Of a stretch of DNA of 30,331 nt, positions 16,513 to 25,216 are shown piece by piece (positions within the stretch are counted from its first letter, which is position 1; every line of letters starts with the position of its first letter). The notes beneath the pieces are model-generated. The model was not told the DNA's origin and made no database searches. It saw only the letters and a program-made list of their open reading frames with translations. This DNA is from a virus (lineage: Duplodnaviria > Caudoviricetes): positions 1 through 30,331 of IMG/VR virus record IMGVR_UViG_3300035007_000001. The stretch is one strand, 5' to 3'. The translations under genes were made by a program, and so were the position numbers.

Positions 16513-17217
16513 ATGGACATTCCGTGGTTCAAAGCGCGCAAGGATGAGCTGGGCTTCAAGGATGCGGCGCTGGCAGCCGTCCTTGGTAAAGACCGCTCGG
16601 TCGTGAACAAATTTCTAAATGGAAAGGTTGGGGTCGATCCTCGCCAGGTCGATGCGCTAGCTAAGTTCTTCAAAGTTAGCCGGGATGAGATGCTGTACCG
16701 GGCAGGCCTGACGAATAGTCCGCCTGAAAACGCCGATCCCCAGAGATCGACGCGCATCGATCACGCGCCAGATCAACCTCCTATGAAGTCTGTCGACGGA
16801 GGCGAAACCGCGCCGGTCACGCGGCTGGACCTATCCTATTCGATGGGGCCGGGCACGGATTTGGACGATAGCTATATTGAGAGCGAGGCCTTCGAGTTCG
16901 ACATAGGCTTCCTGCGCAGCATGACTGTTACGCCACCCGAAAGGCTACGGATCGTAGACGGGATCGGAGATAGCATGCAGCCGACACTCCACGACCGGGA
17001 CCTGCTCTTTGTTGACGTGAATCAGGTCAACCTGAACGCACAGGATCGCATCTGGGCAATCTGGCTATTTGGCCTAGGCGCAGTGAAGCGGTTGCGCGCC
17101 TTGGATGCCGAAAAGGTGCTGGTCATCAGCGATAACCCGGATGTCGAAAATCAGATCGTCAACCGGACAGATATAATCATTCACGGGCGCGTTGTCGGGT
17201 CGATCAAGCGGCATTGA
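16513..17217 (+). CDS. cI: CI-like repressor (HTH + S24 peptidase)
   Basis: N-terminal HTH; GDSMQP catalytic Ser and VKRL Lys; SMGPG cleavage-loop-like segment. Confidence 0.93.
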   Translation: MDIPWFKARKDELGFKDAALAAVLGKDRSVVNKFLNGKVGVDPRQVDALAKFFKVSRDEMLYRAGLTNSPPENADPQRSTRIDHAPDQPPMKSVDGGETAPVTRLDLSYSMGPGTDLDDSYIESEAFEFDIGFLRSMTVTPPERLRIVDGIGDSMQPTLHDRDLLFVDVNQVNLNAQDRIWAIWLFGLGAVKRLRALDAEKVLVISDNPDVENQIVNRTDIIIHGRVVGSIKRH

Positions 17218-17253
17218 CCTATAGCGTTGCGCCATCGGCAAGCGGGAGATGCC

Positions 17254-17730
17254 ATGACGCGGGACGAATTGAGTGCGTTATTAGCAGGCCGGGGTCTCAC
17301 CCTGCCTGCTAAACCTGGCTGGGCTGAGAGTGAGTCTCGAGCGAGCGAGCGCAGAGCGACGCTCCCGGTGTATCGCGAAGGCATCGACACTGGGCTGAAG
17401 GTGGTCGTCGTCGTATTTCTAAATGATCGGGCATATCTGGTCATTAACCTGATCGCGGCAAGCCGGTGCGTCAGTCGGCTATGCATGACAGGAGGCCACC
17501 GGGACCTGCGGACGATGTCGCATGTCGAGGGTCCGCATTTCCATCCGTGGCCGCTGAACCTGCCGAAGATTGATCGGATACCCAAAAATTTTGAGCTGAA
17601 ACGGGTAGTCCGACTCGATCCAACAATCATCACGCATGACCAAGCGTTTGATTTCTTTTTAAGCCAATTAGGTATAGATTCTCCGCGTTGGCGGCCGATG
17701 GCATGGCCATACGACCAAGGATTTTTCTGA
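17254..17730 (+). CDS. His-motif protein (DUF6978-like), first gene of cI-linked pair
   Basis: RLC..GGH......VEGPHFH.W..N motif; GGGAG RBS before ATG 17254. Confidence 0.65.
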   Translation: MTRDELSALLAGRGLTLPAKPGWAESESRASERRATLPVYREGIDTGLKVVVVVFLNDRAYLVINLIAASRCVSRLCMTGGHRDLRTMSHVEGPHFHPWPLNLPKIDRIPKNFELKRVVRLDPTIITHDQAFDFFLSQLGIDSPRWRPMAWPYDQGFF

Positions 17731-18470
17731 TGGACTGGAAACAGGTTCAGCGCCAGATTTGCGAGGCTAGGGCATTCACTCCGGTGGATCAGGGCGCTCG
17801 CGTTCTTTCCGACGCCATCATGCCCTCAGGTGGATCGGTCTACATCCAGTTTCAGTCGCGCGGTGACAGCCTCGCCGCCCATGATGGGGGCGCTGCCTTC
17901 GATGAGCTCGCTCGGCACGCAGCAGAGGTGCGGGGCCTTTCGGGCGTGCGGCGAATGTTCACCGACACGCCGTTCCGCTTGGCTGACGATGGATTGATCT
18001 GGCTGGATCGGGTCGAGATCAAGGATGCCGCAGTCGCGATCGCATTCCTTTCGGATGCCTCGGTTCGTGCCGCCAATTACATGCTGGCGCGCTCGATCAC
18101 GGCCGGTCGTGAAAAGCTGGACCGTCGTGTTCAGAACAAGCTCCGCGAGCTGTACCCGCTGGGCAAGCCGAATTTCACGCTGCAAGGCCTGCACCGCCAG
18201 CACACGTTTGATTTTGGCGTTAGTATTGACGACAAAACCTTCGTGGTTGAGGCGGTTACGCCTGATCAAACCTCGATCTCCACCGCCGTACTCAAAGGCT
18301 TGGATGCGGGAAAAACCGAGGACCATCATCGCAAGATTGTGCCTCTGTTCGTCATTGACGAGGATGACGATTGGCAGTCGGGAAACTTGAACCTGTTGTC
18401 GCTAGGCGGTCGCCATATGTCTTTTGATAGGCTCTTGCGGCAGGGCCAGCCGTTGCAGCTCGCCGCCTAG
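17730..18470 (+). CDS. DUF1828/DUF1829-like protein with restriction-endonuclease-like C-terminal domain
   Basis: MPSGGSVYI...AHDGG.A..EL N-terminus; G..RQHTFDF.V.......VEAV C-terminus; TGATG coupling. Confidence 0.65.
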   Translation: MDWKQVQRQICEARAFTPVDQGARVLSDAIMPSGGSVYIQFQSRGDSLAAHDGGAAFDELARHAAEVRGLSGVRRMFTDTPFRLADDGLIWLDRVEIKDAAVAIAFLSDASVRAANYMLARSITAGREKLDRRVQNKLRELYPLGKPNFTLQGLHRQHTFDFGVSIDDKTFVVEAVTPDQTSISTAVLKGLDAGKTEDHHRKIVPLFVIDEDDDWQSGNLNLLSLGGRHMSFDRLLRQGQPLQLAA

Positions 18471-18497
18471 CCTCTTCCCGAGCACGGACACAACCTG

Positions 18498-18524
18498 ACG
18501 CCCTCGGTTTCCGAGGGCGTTTTT
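18498..18524 (+). terminator. Rho-independent terminator closing the cI operon
   Basis: ACGCCCTCGG-TTT-CCGAGGGCGT followed by TTTT. Confidence 0.88.
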
Positions 18525-18562
18525 GCGTGGGCGTGTCCCTGAACGCGACGTTCGAAGAAAAG

Positions 18563-18615
18563 TGTGCAGAGGATGCACATTATGTATTGACGGCACTGTG
18601 CAGTTAATGCACACC
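18563..18615 (+). promoter_or_regulatory. PL-like promoter with two perfect operators
   Basis: TGTGCA-N5-TGCACA at 18563-18579 and 18597-18613, flanking TTGACG (18587-18592). Confidence 0.85.
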
Positions 18616-18637
18616 ACCTCCATCAACGGAGGTGGAC

Positions 18638-19234
18638 ATGCCGACGATTACCGAACGCGACGGCTGGCTGATCGACCAGCGCGGCAACAAGAACAACATA
18701 GGCTATTGGGGCTCGCGCGAGGCAGCCGAGAAAGCGCTACGGTCGCTGACCGATTGCGATAATTGCGTCAACTGCTCGTACTGCTCGGGCTGCTCGGACT
18801 GCTCGGGCTGCTCGTACTGCTCGTACTGCTCGGACTGCTCGGACTGCTCGGGCTGCTCGTACTGCTCGTACTGCTCGTACTGCTCGGGCTGCTCGGACTG
18901 CTCGGGCTGCTCGGGCAAAACTGGCGATGCCACTGGCGAAGCGGTCGTTATCCCGACCATCGAGAAGATCGACCAGGCGGTCTACGCGGCCGCCAGCCAG
19001 CCGGAAGCGCTGGACATGTCGTCTTGGCATTGCGGCACGACGCATTGCCGCGCAGGTTGGGTCGTCACGCTTGCTGGCGAGCCGGGCAAGGCGCTGGAAG
19101 ACCGGTTCAACACCGAACTCGCGGCGATGCTGATCTACCGTGAGAGCGGTTCTCCGATCAATCCCGGTCGGTTTTACGACAGCAACGATGCGGCGCTAGC
19201 TGACATGGCGAAGCGTGCGGGTGTCGAGCTGTGA
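18638..19234 (+). CDS. Cys-triplet repeat protein with C-terminal WHCGTTHCRAGW domain
   Basis: GGAGG RBS and ATG 18638; 18 Cys at 3-residue period. Confidence 0.85.
   Translation: MPTITERDGWLIDQRGNKNNIGYWGSREAAEKALRSLTDCDNCVNCSYCSGCSDCSGCSYCSYCSDCSDCSGCSYCSYCSYCSGCSDCSGCSGKTGDATGEAVVIPTIEKIDQAVYAAASQPEALDMSSWHCGTTHCRAGWVVTLAGEPGKALEDRFNTELAAMLIYRESGSPINPGRFYDSNDAALADMAKRAGVEL
18773..18916 (+). repeat. 16 x 9-bp tandem array TGCTCG(TAC/GGC/GAC)
   Basis: Read directly; third-codon order Y G D G Y Y D D G Y Y Y G D G G. Confidence 0.97.
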
Positions 19235-19470
19235 CCGCCCACACCGCAATCACCGCGCAGGACGTGTGCGCGTGGCCGGTGTCGAAGGTCGCACCGTGGG
19301 ACAGAGGCGACGGATACCACGCCAATGACCCCGCCGCGCCCGTGCTGTTCCGCTGCGACGGCTGCGATGCCCCGCGCGAGACGGAAGCCCGCTGCTTCTG
19401 CCCCGACTGCAACGAGGTGACCGGGTGTTACGCCGACACCAAGCCCCTCTATTCGCCGGAGTTCTTCTGA
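19231..19470 (+). CDS. Small Zn-finger-like protein
   Basis: CDGC...CFCPDC; coupled both ends. Confidence 0.7.
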   Translation: MTAHTAITAQDVCAWPVSKVAPWDRGDGYHANDPAAPVLFRCDGCDAPRETEARCFCPDCNEVTGCYADTKPLYSPEFF

Positions 19471-20612
19471 TGGCTACCGCCGCACCTAGCGAAACTGCGC
19501 CCAATTCGATCGCCGTCATCGTGGCTCAGAACCCGGCGATCGTGCTGGTCGATCAGGGCAAGCGCGACGACCTGTATGCCCATATCAAGCGTGAGGTCGA
19601 GGCGCATGTGCCGGACCTGACTACGACCAAGGGTCGCGACGCCATCAAGTCGCTGGCGTTCAAGATCACGCGCACCAAGACTGCGATCGATGCGGCTGGC
19701 AAGCAGCTCAACGAGGAAGCGCGTGCTCGCATCGGCGTGGTCGACGCTGCTCGCCGCGATGCCCGCGAGACGCTGGACCGAATGGCCGCTGAGGTTCGCC
19801 AGCCGCTGACCGATTGGGAAGAGGCTGAGAAAGCGCGTGAAGCCAAAGCCAAGGAGGCACTGGCGATCATCGCTGACATGGCGCGTGTCGAGTTTACTGA
19901 CACCGCTGAGACGGTGCAGGCGCGCATTGATGACCTGACCTCGCTGAGCATGAACCCCGACGTGTTCCGTGACGGGCTGGACGGCGCCATCGCAGCCAAG
20001 GATGCGGCGGTCGCTACCCTACAGGAAGCACATGCCCGGCTGGCTCGGGAAGAGGCGGACCGTGCGGAACTTGAGCGCCTGCGCGCCGAAGCTGCCGAGC
20101 GGGAACGTATCGAAACTGAGCGCCGTGCCGCCGAGGAAGCCGAGCGCCAGCGGGTTGAGGCAGAACGTCTTGCTGAAGAGCGCCGCGCCGCTGCCGAGAA
20201 GGCGGAAGCCGAGCGTATTGATCGCGTGCGTCAGGAAGCGGCGCAGGCGGCGGAACGGGAAGCCCAGCGCAAGGCCGATGCAGAGCGTCAGGCTGCCGAA
20301 CAAGCGCACGCTGAAGCGCTGGCGGCAGAGCGTCGCCGTGCCGATGAAGCCGAGGCTGCTCGAAAGGCAGAGGCTGACCGGATCGCCAAGGCAGAGGCAG
20401 ACCGTCTGGCTGCCGAGCGGGCTGCTCAGGCTGAAGCAAAGCGCATCGCTGACGAGCAGGCCGCCCGCGAACGCAACCGCGCGCATCGCGGCAAGATCAT
20501 GGGTGAGGCCAAGCAGGCGATCATGTCCTGCGGCGTCGAAGAGCCCATCGCCAAAGCCATCGTCCTCGCGATCGTCGCCGGGACCGTCCCCCACACCGCC
20601 ATTCAGTTCTGA
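19470..20612 (+). CDS. Phage coiled-coil protein (often labelled TolA-like)
   Basis: PDLTTTKGRDAIKSLAFKI.RTKTAID..GK N-terminus, Ala/Glu/Arg coil, VPHTAIQF end. Confidence 0.85.
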   Translation: MATAAPSETAPNSIAVIVAQNPAIVLVDQGKRDDLYAHIKREVEAHVPDLTTTKGRDAIKSLAFKITRTKTAIDAAGKQLNEEARARIGVVDAARRDARETLDRMAAEVRQPLTDWEEAEKAREAKAKEALAIIADMARVEFTDTAETVQARIDDLTSLSMNPDVFRDGLDGAIAAKDAAVATLQEAHARLAREEADRAELERLRAEAAERERIETERRAAEEAERQRVEAERLAEERRAAAEKAEAERIDRVRQEAAQAAEREAQRKADAERQAAEQAHAEALAAERRRADEAEAARKAEADRIAKAEADRLAAERAAQAEAKRIADEQAARERNRAHRGKIMGEAKQAIMSCGVEEPIAKAIVLAIVAGTVPHTAIQF

Positions 20613-20620
20613 AAGGACGC

Positions 20621-20926
20621 ATGATGATTATGCTGAAGTCCACGCACGATGACCGCATGAAGCTGAAGGATCAGCGGATCGCGGAGCTTGAGGCAGACAT
20701 CGAGACGCTAATTGGACAGCGTGACGCGGCGGAGAAGCTAGTGCAGCGGCGCGGGGTTGAGATCGCCACGCTGGAAGACGACAACGCCAACCTGCGCACT
20801 CGCAATCTCGAACTGTTCAACCGCAACACAGACCTGTCGACCCAGTTGGCGCCGTTCAAGATGCCGCGCCGGCGGGATCATCGTGGCTGGTTCGTTAGCG
20901 CCAAGCAGGTGGGAGCGCAGGCATGA
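20621..20926 (+). CDS. Coiled-coil hypothetical protein
   Basis: 101 aa, AAGGA RBS, RRDHRGWF C-terminal motif. Confidence 0.7.
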   Translation: MMIMLKSTHDDRMKLKDQRIAELEADIETLIGQRDAAEKLVQRRGVEIATLEDDNANLRTRNLELFNRNTDLSTQLAPFKMPRRRDHRGWFVSAKQVGAQA

Positions 20927-21219
20927 GCAGCTTCACCACTAGCATCACGCTTTCCGACGAGCAGGATGCCGACATCCGCGTCGAGTACAGCTTCTACGCG
21001 GGGTTCAAGGGTAGCCTAATTGAGCCGCCCGAACCAGCCAGTGTCGAGATCATCGACATTACCCCGGCTGACCCACTTATTATCATTCCCGACGACCTTT
21101 ACGAAGACGACGACCTGCTGGCCGAGTGCATGGCGCATTACCGCGACATGCTTGACGATGCCGCCGAGCGTCGTGCCGAAGATCGCCGGGAAGCCCTCTA
21201 TCTGGAGCGCTTCGCATGA
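20923..21219 (+). CDS. Small acidic protein
   Basis: 98 aa, about 25 Asp/Glu versus 8 Lys/Arg; ATGA-coupled. Confidence 0.75.
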   Translation: MSSFTTSITLSDEQDADIRVEYSFYAGFKGSLIEPPEPASVEIIDITPADPLIIIPDDLYEDDDLLAECMAHYRDMLDDAAERRAEDRREALYLERFA

Positions 21220-21413
21220 CCCCGCTTCGGATTACCCGCACCGGCCGCGATCACACTTGGGCCGCGCCGATGACCGATGCCCAGCGCGAACGGGCCGAAC
21301 CTCGCTTTTATGACGAACACGGCCGCCCGTGGACCGCGTGGCGTGTTGCAGCCGAGATCGCCACCATGACCCTGCTGTTCGGGGGGCTCGCTGTCCTTTG
21401 GTGCGTGCTGTGA
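21216..21413 (+). CDS. Small C-terminally anchored membrane protein
   Basis: 65 aa, hydrophobic C-terminus; coupled both ends. Confidence 0.65.
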   Translation: MTPLRITRTGRDHTWAAPMTDAQRERAEPRFYDEHGRPWTAWRVAAEIATMTLLFGGLAVLWCVL

Positions 21414-22129
21414 CGATCCCGTTCGGCACCCACAGCCCCGAAGGCAAGCCGCACATCGTCATTCATGGCGAGTACGAGCAGGGTAGCGAGCAATGGTATC
21501 AGGCCCGTGCAGGTATCCTGACGGCCTCAACTATGAAGCTGATCGTCACACCGACGCTAAAGGTGGCGTCGAACGACAAAGAGCGTGGCCACCTTTACGA
21601 GCTGCTTGCCCAGCGCGTTACCAAGTTCGTGGAGCCTCATTACGAGAGCCACGACATGGAGCGTGGCAAGTTTGATGAGGAACATGCCCGCGCCAAATAT
21701 GCCGAGGTGTATGGCGAGGTCGAGGAAGTCGGCTTCATCACTAACGACAAGCTCGGCTTCAAAATCGGGTATTCGCCAGACGGCTTGGTAGGCGCTGATG
21801 GTCTCATCGAGATCAAGTCGCGCATCCAGAAGTGGCAGATGCAGACGTTCATCGAGTGCGTCGCCATTAATGCAGTACCTGCTGACTTCCTGATCCAGGT
21901 GCAGACCGGGCTGTTCGTGGCTGAGCGCGAATGGCTGGATTTTGTCAGCTACAGCGGCGGCATGAAGATGGCTGTGGTCCGGGCCTATCCCGATCCGGTC
22001 ATCCAGGATGCCATCGGCAACGCGGCTGTCGAGTTCGAGCGCCGCCTCACTGACAAGCAGAAAATCTACGAAGACCTGATCGCGTCCGATGCGCGCATGG
22101 TCGATACCGAAAGGCTGATTTACCTATGA
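21410..22129 (+). CDS. YqaJ/lambda-exonuclease family protein
   Basis: QGSEQW...RAG.LTAS, MERG..DE, GYSPDGL, IEIKS, QVQTGL. Confidence 0.93.
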   Translation: MTIPFGTHSPEGKPHIVIHGEYEQGSEQWYQARAGILTASTMKLIVTPTLKVASNDKERGHLYELLAQRVTKFVEPHYESHDMERGKFDEEHARAKYAEVYGEVEEVGFITNDKLGFKIGYSPDGLVGADGLIEIKSRIQKWQMQTFIECVAINAVPADFLIQVQTGLFVAEREWLDFVSYSGGMKMAVVRAYPDPVIQDAIGNAAVEFERRLTDKQKIYEDLIASDARMVDTERLIYL

Positions 22130-22758
22130 GCACGCTTATGGAAGCGCTGGCTCCGCGATCGGACCAGCTTAACGCAGACGACCTGATCGCAGGTCCGCGC
22201 GTCATCAAGATCACCGGCGCCCGTATCGTCCGCGATGGCCGCGACACCAAGATCGTCATCAACTTCGAAGGCGACAATGGGAAGCCGTGGAAGCCCTGCA
22301 AGACGATGGGCCGGGCTATGGTCATGGTCTGGGGCATCACCGAGCCAGAGCAACTGGTCGGCAAGTCGCTGCGCCTCTACCGGGACCCGGAAGTTCGGTT
22401 TGGCGATCAGGGCGCGGTCGGTGGCATCCGCATCAGCCACATGTCGCATATCAGCGGCAAGAAGGTCGTCAAGCTGACCGTCTCGCAGGGCAAGAAGGGA
22501 AATTACGAGTTCAGCCCGCTTGTCACGGAAGTAAAGCCGGGACCGATCGACCAGGCCCGCAACGCCATCGCCAATGCGCCCGATCTGGACGCGCTCAAGA
22601 ACGTCTGGCTGTCGAAGGCGATGGCTCCGTTCCGCGACCAGCTTCAGGCTGACCTCGATGCTCGCAAGGCTGCCCTGTCCGGCATCGACACCACCCCCCT
22701 TGACCCCAACGCTGGTGAGAAGCGCGGGGATGAGGACATGGGGGAGGCGGGGGAATGA
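22126..22758 (+). CDS. Exonuclease-linked protein of unknown function (SDQLNADDL motif)
   Basis: 210 aa, ATGA-coupled to YqaJ; beta-rich N-domain, acidic tail. Confidence 0.8.
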   Translation: MSTLMEALAPRSDQLNADDLIAGPRVIKITGARIVRDGRDTKIVINFEGDNGKPWKPCKTMGRAMVMVWGITEPEQLVGKSLRLYRDPEVRFGDQGAVGGIRISHMSHISGKKVVKLTVSQGKKGNYEFSPLVTEVKPGPIDQARNAIANAPDLDALKNVWLSKAMAPFRDQLQADLDARKAALSGIDTTPLDPNAGEKRGDEDMGEAGE

Positions 22759-23441
22759 AGGGCGCAAAGCGCTTCGACAGCCGCATGACGCCGCTGTTGC
22801 CTTTCGCTCAGGACATCGAAAACAGCGCCATCAAGGATGAGCCGATGTTCTTCAATTCGGACCTGGCCTTTGCATATGCGCAGGGCGGCCCGATCACCCG
22901 GTCGTTCATTGATGCTCTGGACAGTGAATGGCGCGATCAGCCTGCCGTTTTCGACAGCCGGGTCCACATGCTGATGCCCGGCTGGTATCCGGCAATCCCC
23001 GGTTTCCATCATGACGATGTGCCGCGTCCAGCCATCCCGGTTGGCCAGCATTTTGTCACCGCCGGTCAACCTGACTACGATGCGCCGCGCTACCACTCGC
23101 GTCACATTCTTGGGCTGGTCAATGCCGACGTTGCCCCGACTGACTTTGCCATCGGCAAGTGCACGATGCCGGAGATTGCGGATGGCGATCTGATCTACCG
23201 GGCATGGCACGCTGAGGTCGAACGGCTGCTTGCGGCTGGCGAAATGGAGCGTGTCGCAGCACCTGACCGCACGCTGGTCCATTTCGACTGGCAGGCTTTC
23301 CATACCGGCGTGCCTGCCGTGTCCAATGGATGGCGCTGGTTCGGGCGGGTCAGCTTCAACACCGACCGCACGGACAAGATCACCAACGAGATCCGCCGAC
23401 AGGTGCAGGTCTACCTCGAATTTCCGATGGAGGGTTGGTGA
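22755..23441 (+). CDS. Putative 2OG-Fe(II) dioxygenase-fold protein
   Basis: PGFHHDD (HxD), distal FDWQAFH, WRWFGRVS (Arg strand). Confidence 0.7.
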   Translation: MKGAKRFDSRMTPLLPFAQDIENSAIKDEPMFFNSDLAFAYAQGGPITRSFIDALDSEWRDQPAVFDSRVHMLMPGWYPAIPGFHHDDVPRPAIPVGQHFVTAGQPDYDAPRYHSRHILGLVNADVAPTDFAIGKCTMPEIADGDLIYRAWHAEVERLLAAGEMERVAAPDRTLVHFDWQAFHTGVPAVSNGWRWFGRVSFNTDRTDKITNEIRRQVQVYLEFPMEGW

Positions 23442-23551
23442 TGCCTCGCCACCTCTGCGAAACCCCGTCGTCCGTCCCCCCGCAAGACTGTGCTCGCTGC
23501 ATCGCCATCGTCGCGCGTGCCGAGAAGAAATGGAGTGATGCCCGTGGCTGA
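23441..23551 (+). CDS. 36-aa Cys/His peptide
   Basis: TGATG coupling; MPRHLC...DCARC. Confidence 0.5.
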   Translation: MPRHLCETPSSVPPQDCARCIAIVARAEKKWSDARG

Positions 23552-24284
23552 CCAGATACCCGATAGCGCGAAGAGGGATGCGATCGACATCCTCACGACG
23601 TACGTCGACTTCATCCGCAATGAAGTGCGGGCGAATGATTTCGAGCGCCACCCGTACGTTCCTCATATCGAGCAGACGATAGAGGACCTGCGCGCCGCCC
23701 CGCCCGCGACGGATCGGGAGGCGGTGGAGCGGGTGCGCGAGGCGGCGTACCGCCAGGCACTCGAAGATGTCTGCAATCCGCTGGGCTATCTTCAGCGCAT
23801 GGCGGATGCTGAAGGTGCCAAGTTGAGCGGTATGGCCTATGCCATCGCCAGCGACATCGGCACTATTCAGCGTATCGCCAAGGAAGCCCTCTCCACCCTC
23901 TCCGCAGACGCGATCCGCCAGGGGGAGGGGGTGACGGAACAAGAGGCGTTGCAACGGGCAATCGACCGTATGGGCTGGGCCGAGATCAATGCTTTCCATG
24001 CTGAATTGCGAAGGGGGCAGGACATCTACGAAGACGCGGGTGGCTTCTTTATGAGAGCCATCCGCGCGCTGTTCGGGATAAAGCCTACGGACCCGGTGAC
24101 GAATTATCAAGATGCCGCGCGGGCGCTTGTCGAAGCCGCTACCCCCGCTGTCGATGCGGCCTTGGAGCGGGAAGTGGATTGCAGCATATGCGGCGGTGAT
24201 TGTGCCGGAGCGAACCCACCGGTCATGAATTGCCCGTCTCTCGCCACCCCCGCCTCTCACGCCAGCGATGGGGGGAAGGCATGA
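23544..24284 (+). CDS. Mosaic hypothetical protein (Ead/Ea22-type architecture)
   Basis: Short modules separated by Ala/Pro-rich linkers; GGAG RBS (start GTG 23544 or ATG 23538). Confidence 0.7.
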   Translation: MADQIPDSAKRDAIDILTTYVDFIRNEVRANDFERHPYVPHIEQTIEDLRAAPPATDREAVERVREAAYRQALEDVCNPLGYLQRMADAEGAKLSGMAYAIASDIGTIQRIAKEALSTLSADAIRQGEGVTEQEALQRAIDRMGWAEINAFHAELRRGQDIYEDAGGFFMRAIRALFGIKPTDPVTNYQDAARALVEAATPAVDAALEREVDCSICGGDCAGANPPVMNCPSLATPASHASDGGKA

Positions 24285-25216
24285 GCAATCCCTACTTGAT
24301 CCAAGGCCCGGCGCTCATCAGCTTCTCGGGCGGGCGGACCAGCGCGTACATGCTTAAGATGATGCTGGATGCCGCCGGGGGCGCGTTCGCGGCTGACGTG
24401 CATGTCGTCTTCTGCAATACGGGCCGTGAACGTGAAGAGACGCTGCGGTTCGTCCATGAGTGCCAAGTCCGCTGGGGCGTGCCGATCCATTGGCTGGAAT
24501 GGCGCGACCGCCGCAAGGGCACCCCTGTCACTGAGCGTTTTGAAGAGGTCGGCTTTAACAGCGCCGCGCGGGCTGGAGAACCGTTTGAGGCGCTTGTGCG
24601 CAGCAAGAAATCGACCCCCAACGCCATCCATCGCTGGTGCACCGAGCATCTGAAGGTGCAGGTCTGCGCCGATTTCATGGAGGCGCGGGGCTACGAGCAC
24701 TGGACCAATGTCATTGGCCTTCGCGCGGACGAAATGCGCCGTGTTGCGAAAAAGGATCAGCAAAACGAAGTAGGCAAGTCCCCCTGGACGACCGTCATGC
24801 CGATGGTGCGAGCCGGCCACCGTAAGGGCGACGTGCGTAAGTTCTGGTTCGGCTCCTTGACGCCGGGGGATGCTGTGGCGATCCAGCGCGACTTCGGCTC
24901 GGCAGCCGCCGCCACGCTGCCTCAGGGCTTCGACCTCGGTTTGGAGGAGTGGGAGGGGAACTGCACGCTCTGCTTCATGCTGTCCTACCCGGTCCTGTTG
25001 CATCGCATCCGCCGAGATCCGGCTGAGCCCCTGTGGTGGTCGCATCTGGAGCGGATCGGAAATGGCACCTTTACCACCGAGTACAGCTATGAGGATTTGC
25101 GCAAGGCAGCGGTGACCAGCCCGCTGCTCGACCTAGGCGATAACTTCAACAGCGACGCTGAGTGCGGTGTCGGTGGTGTGGATACGTCAATCCGGTGCGG
25201 GAGCCAGGCAGCATGA
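24281..25216 (+). CDS. PAPS-reductase family (PP-loop) protein
   Basis: ISFSGGRTSAYM, FCNTGRE, RWCTEHLK, IGLRADE..R, GNCTLCF. Confidence 0.9.
   Translation: MSNPYLIQGPALISFSGGRTSAYMLKMMLDAAGGAFAADVHVVFCNTGREREETLRFVHECQVRWGVPIHWLEWRDRRKGTPVTERFEEVGFNSAARAGEPFEALVRSKKSTPNAIHRWCTEHLKVQVCADFMEARGYEHWTNVIGLRADEMRRVAKKDQQNEVGKSPWTTVMPMVRAGHRKGDVRKFWFGSLTPGDAVAIQRDFGSAAAATLPQGFDLGLEEWEGNCTLCFMLSYPVLLHRIRRDPAEPLWWSHLERIGNGTFTTEYSYEDLRKAAVTSPLLDLGDNFNSDAECGVGGVDTSIRCGSQAA

Noticed and set aside
18541-18553. GAAC-N5-GTTC as an SOS box
   Set aside because: Matches neither the alphaproteobacterial GTTC-N7-GTTC direct repeat nor GAAC-N4-GTTC.
18773-18916. CRISPR array or DGR variable region
   Set aside because: Units are 9 bp with no spacers; no cas gene, reverse transcriptase or template repeat in the window.
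18703-19143. Alternative-frame repeat ORFs (poly-LLG, PEQ/SEQ, VRA)
   Set aside because: By-products of a stop-free 9-bp repeat; only the Cys frame has an RBS and a coupled stop.
19470-20612. TolA
   Set aside because: Similarity is only low-complexity coil; no N-terminal TM anchor or tol operon.
22644-24260. 538-aa minus-strand ORF
   Set aside because: Antisense to a tightly coupled plus-strand operon; no recognisable motifs.
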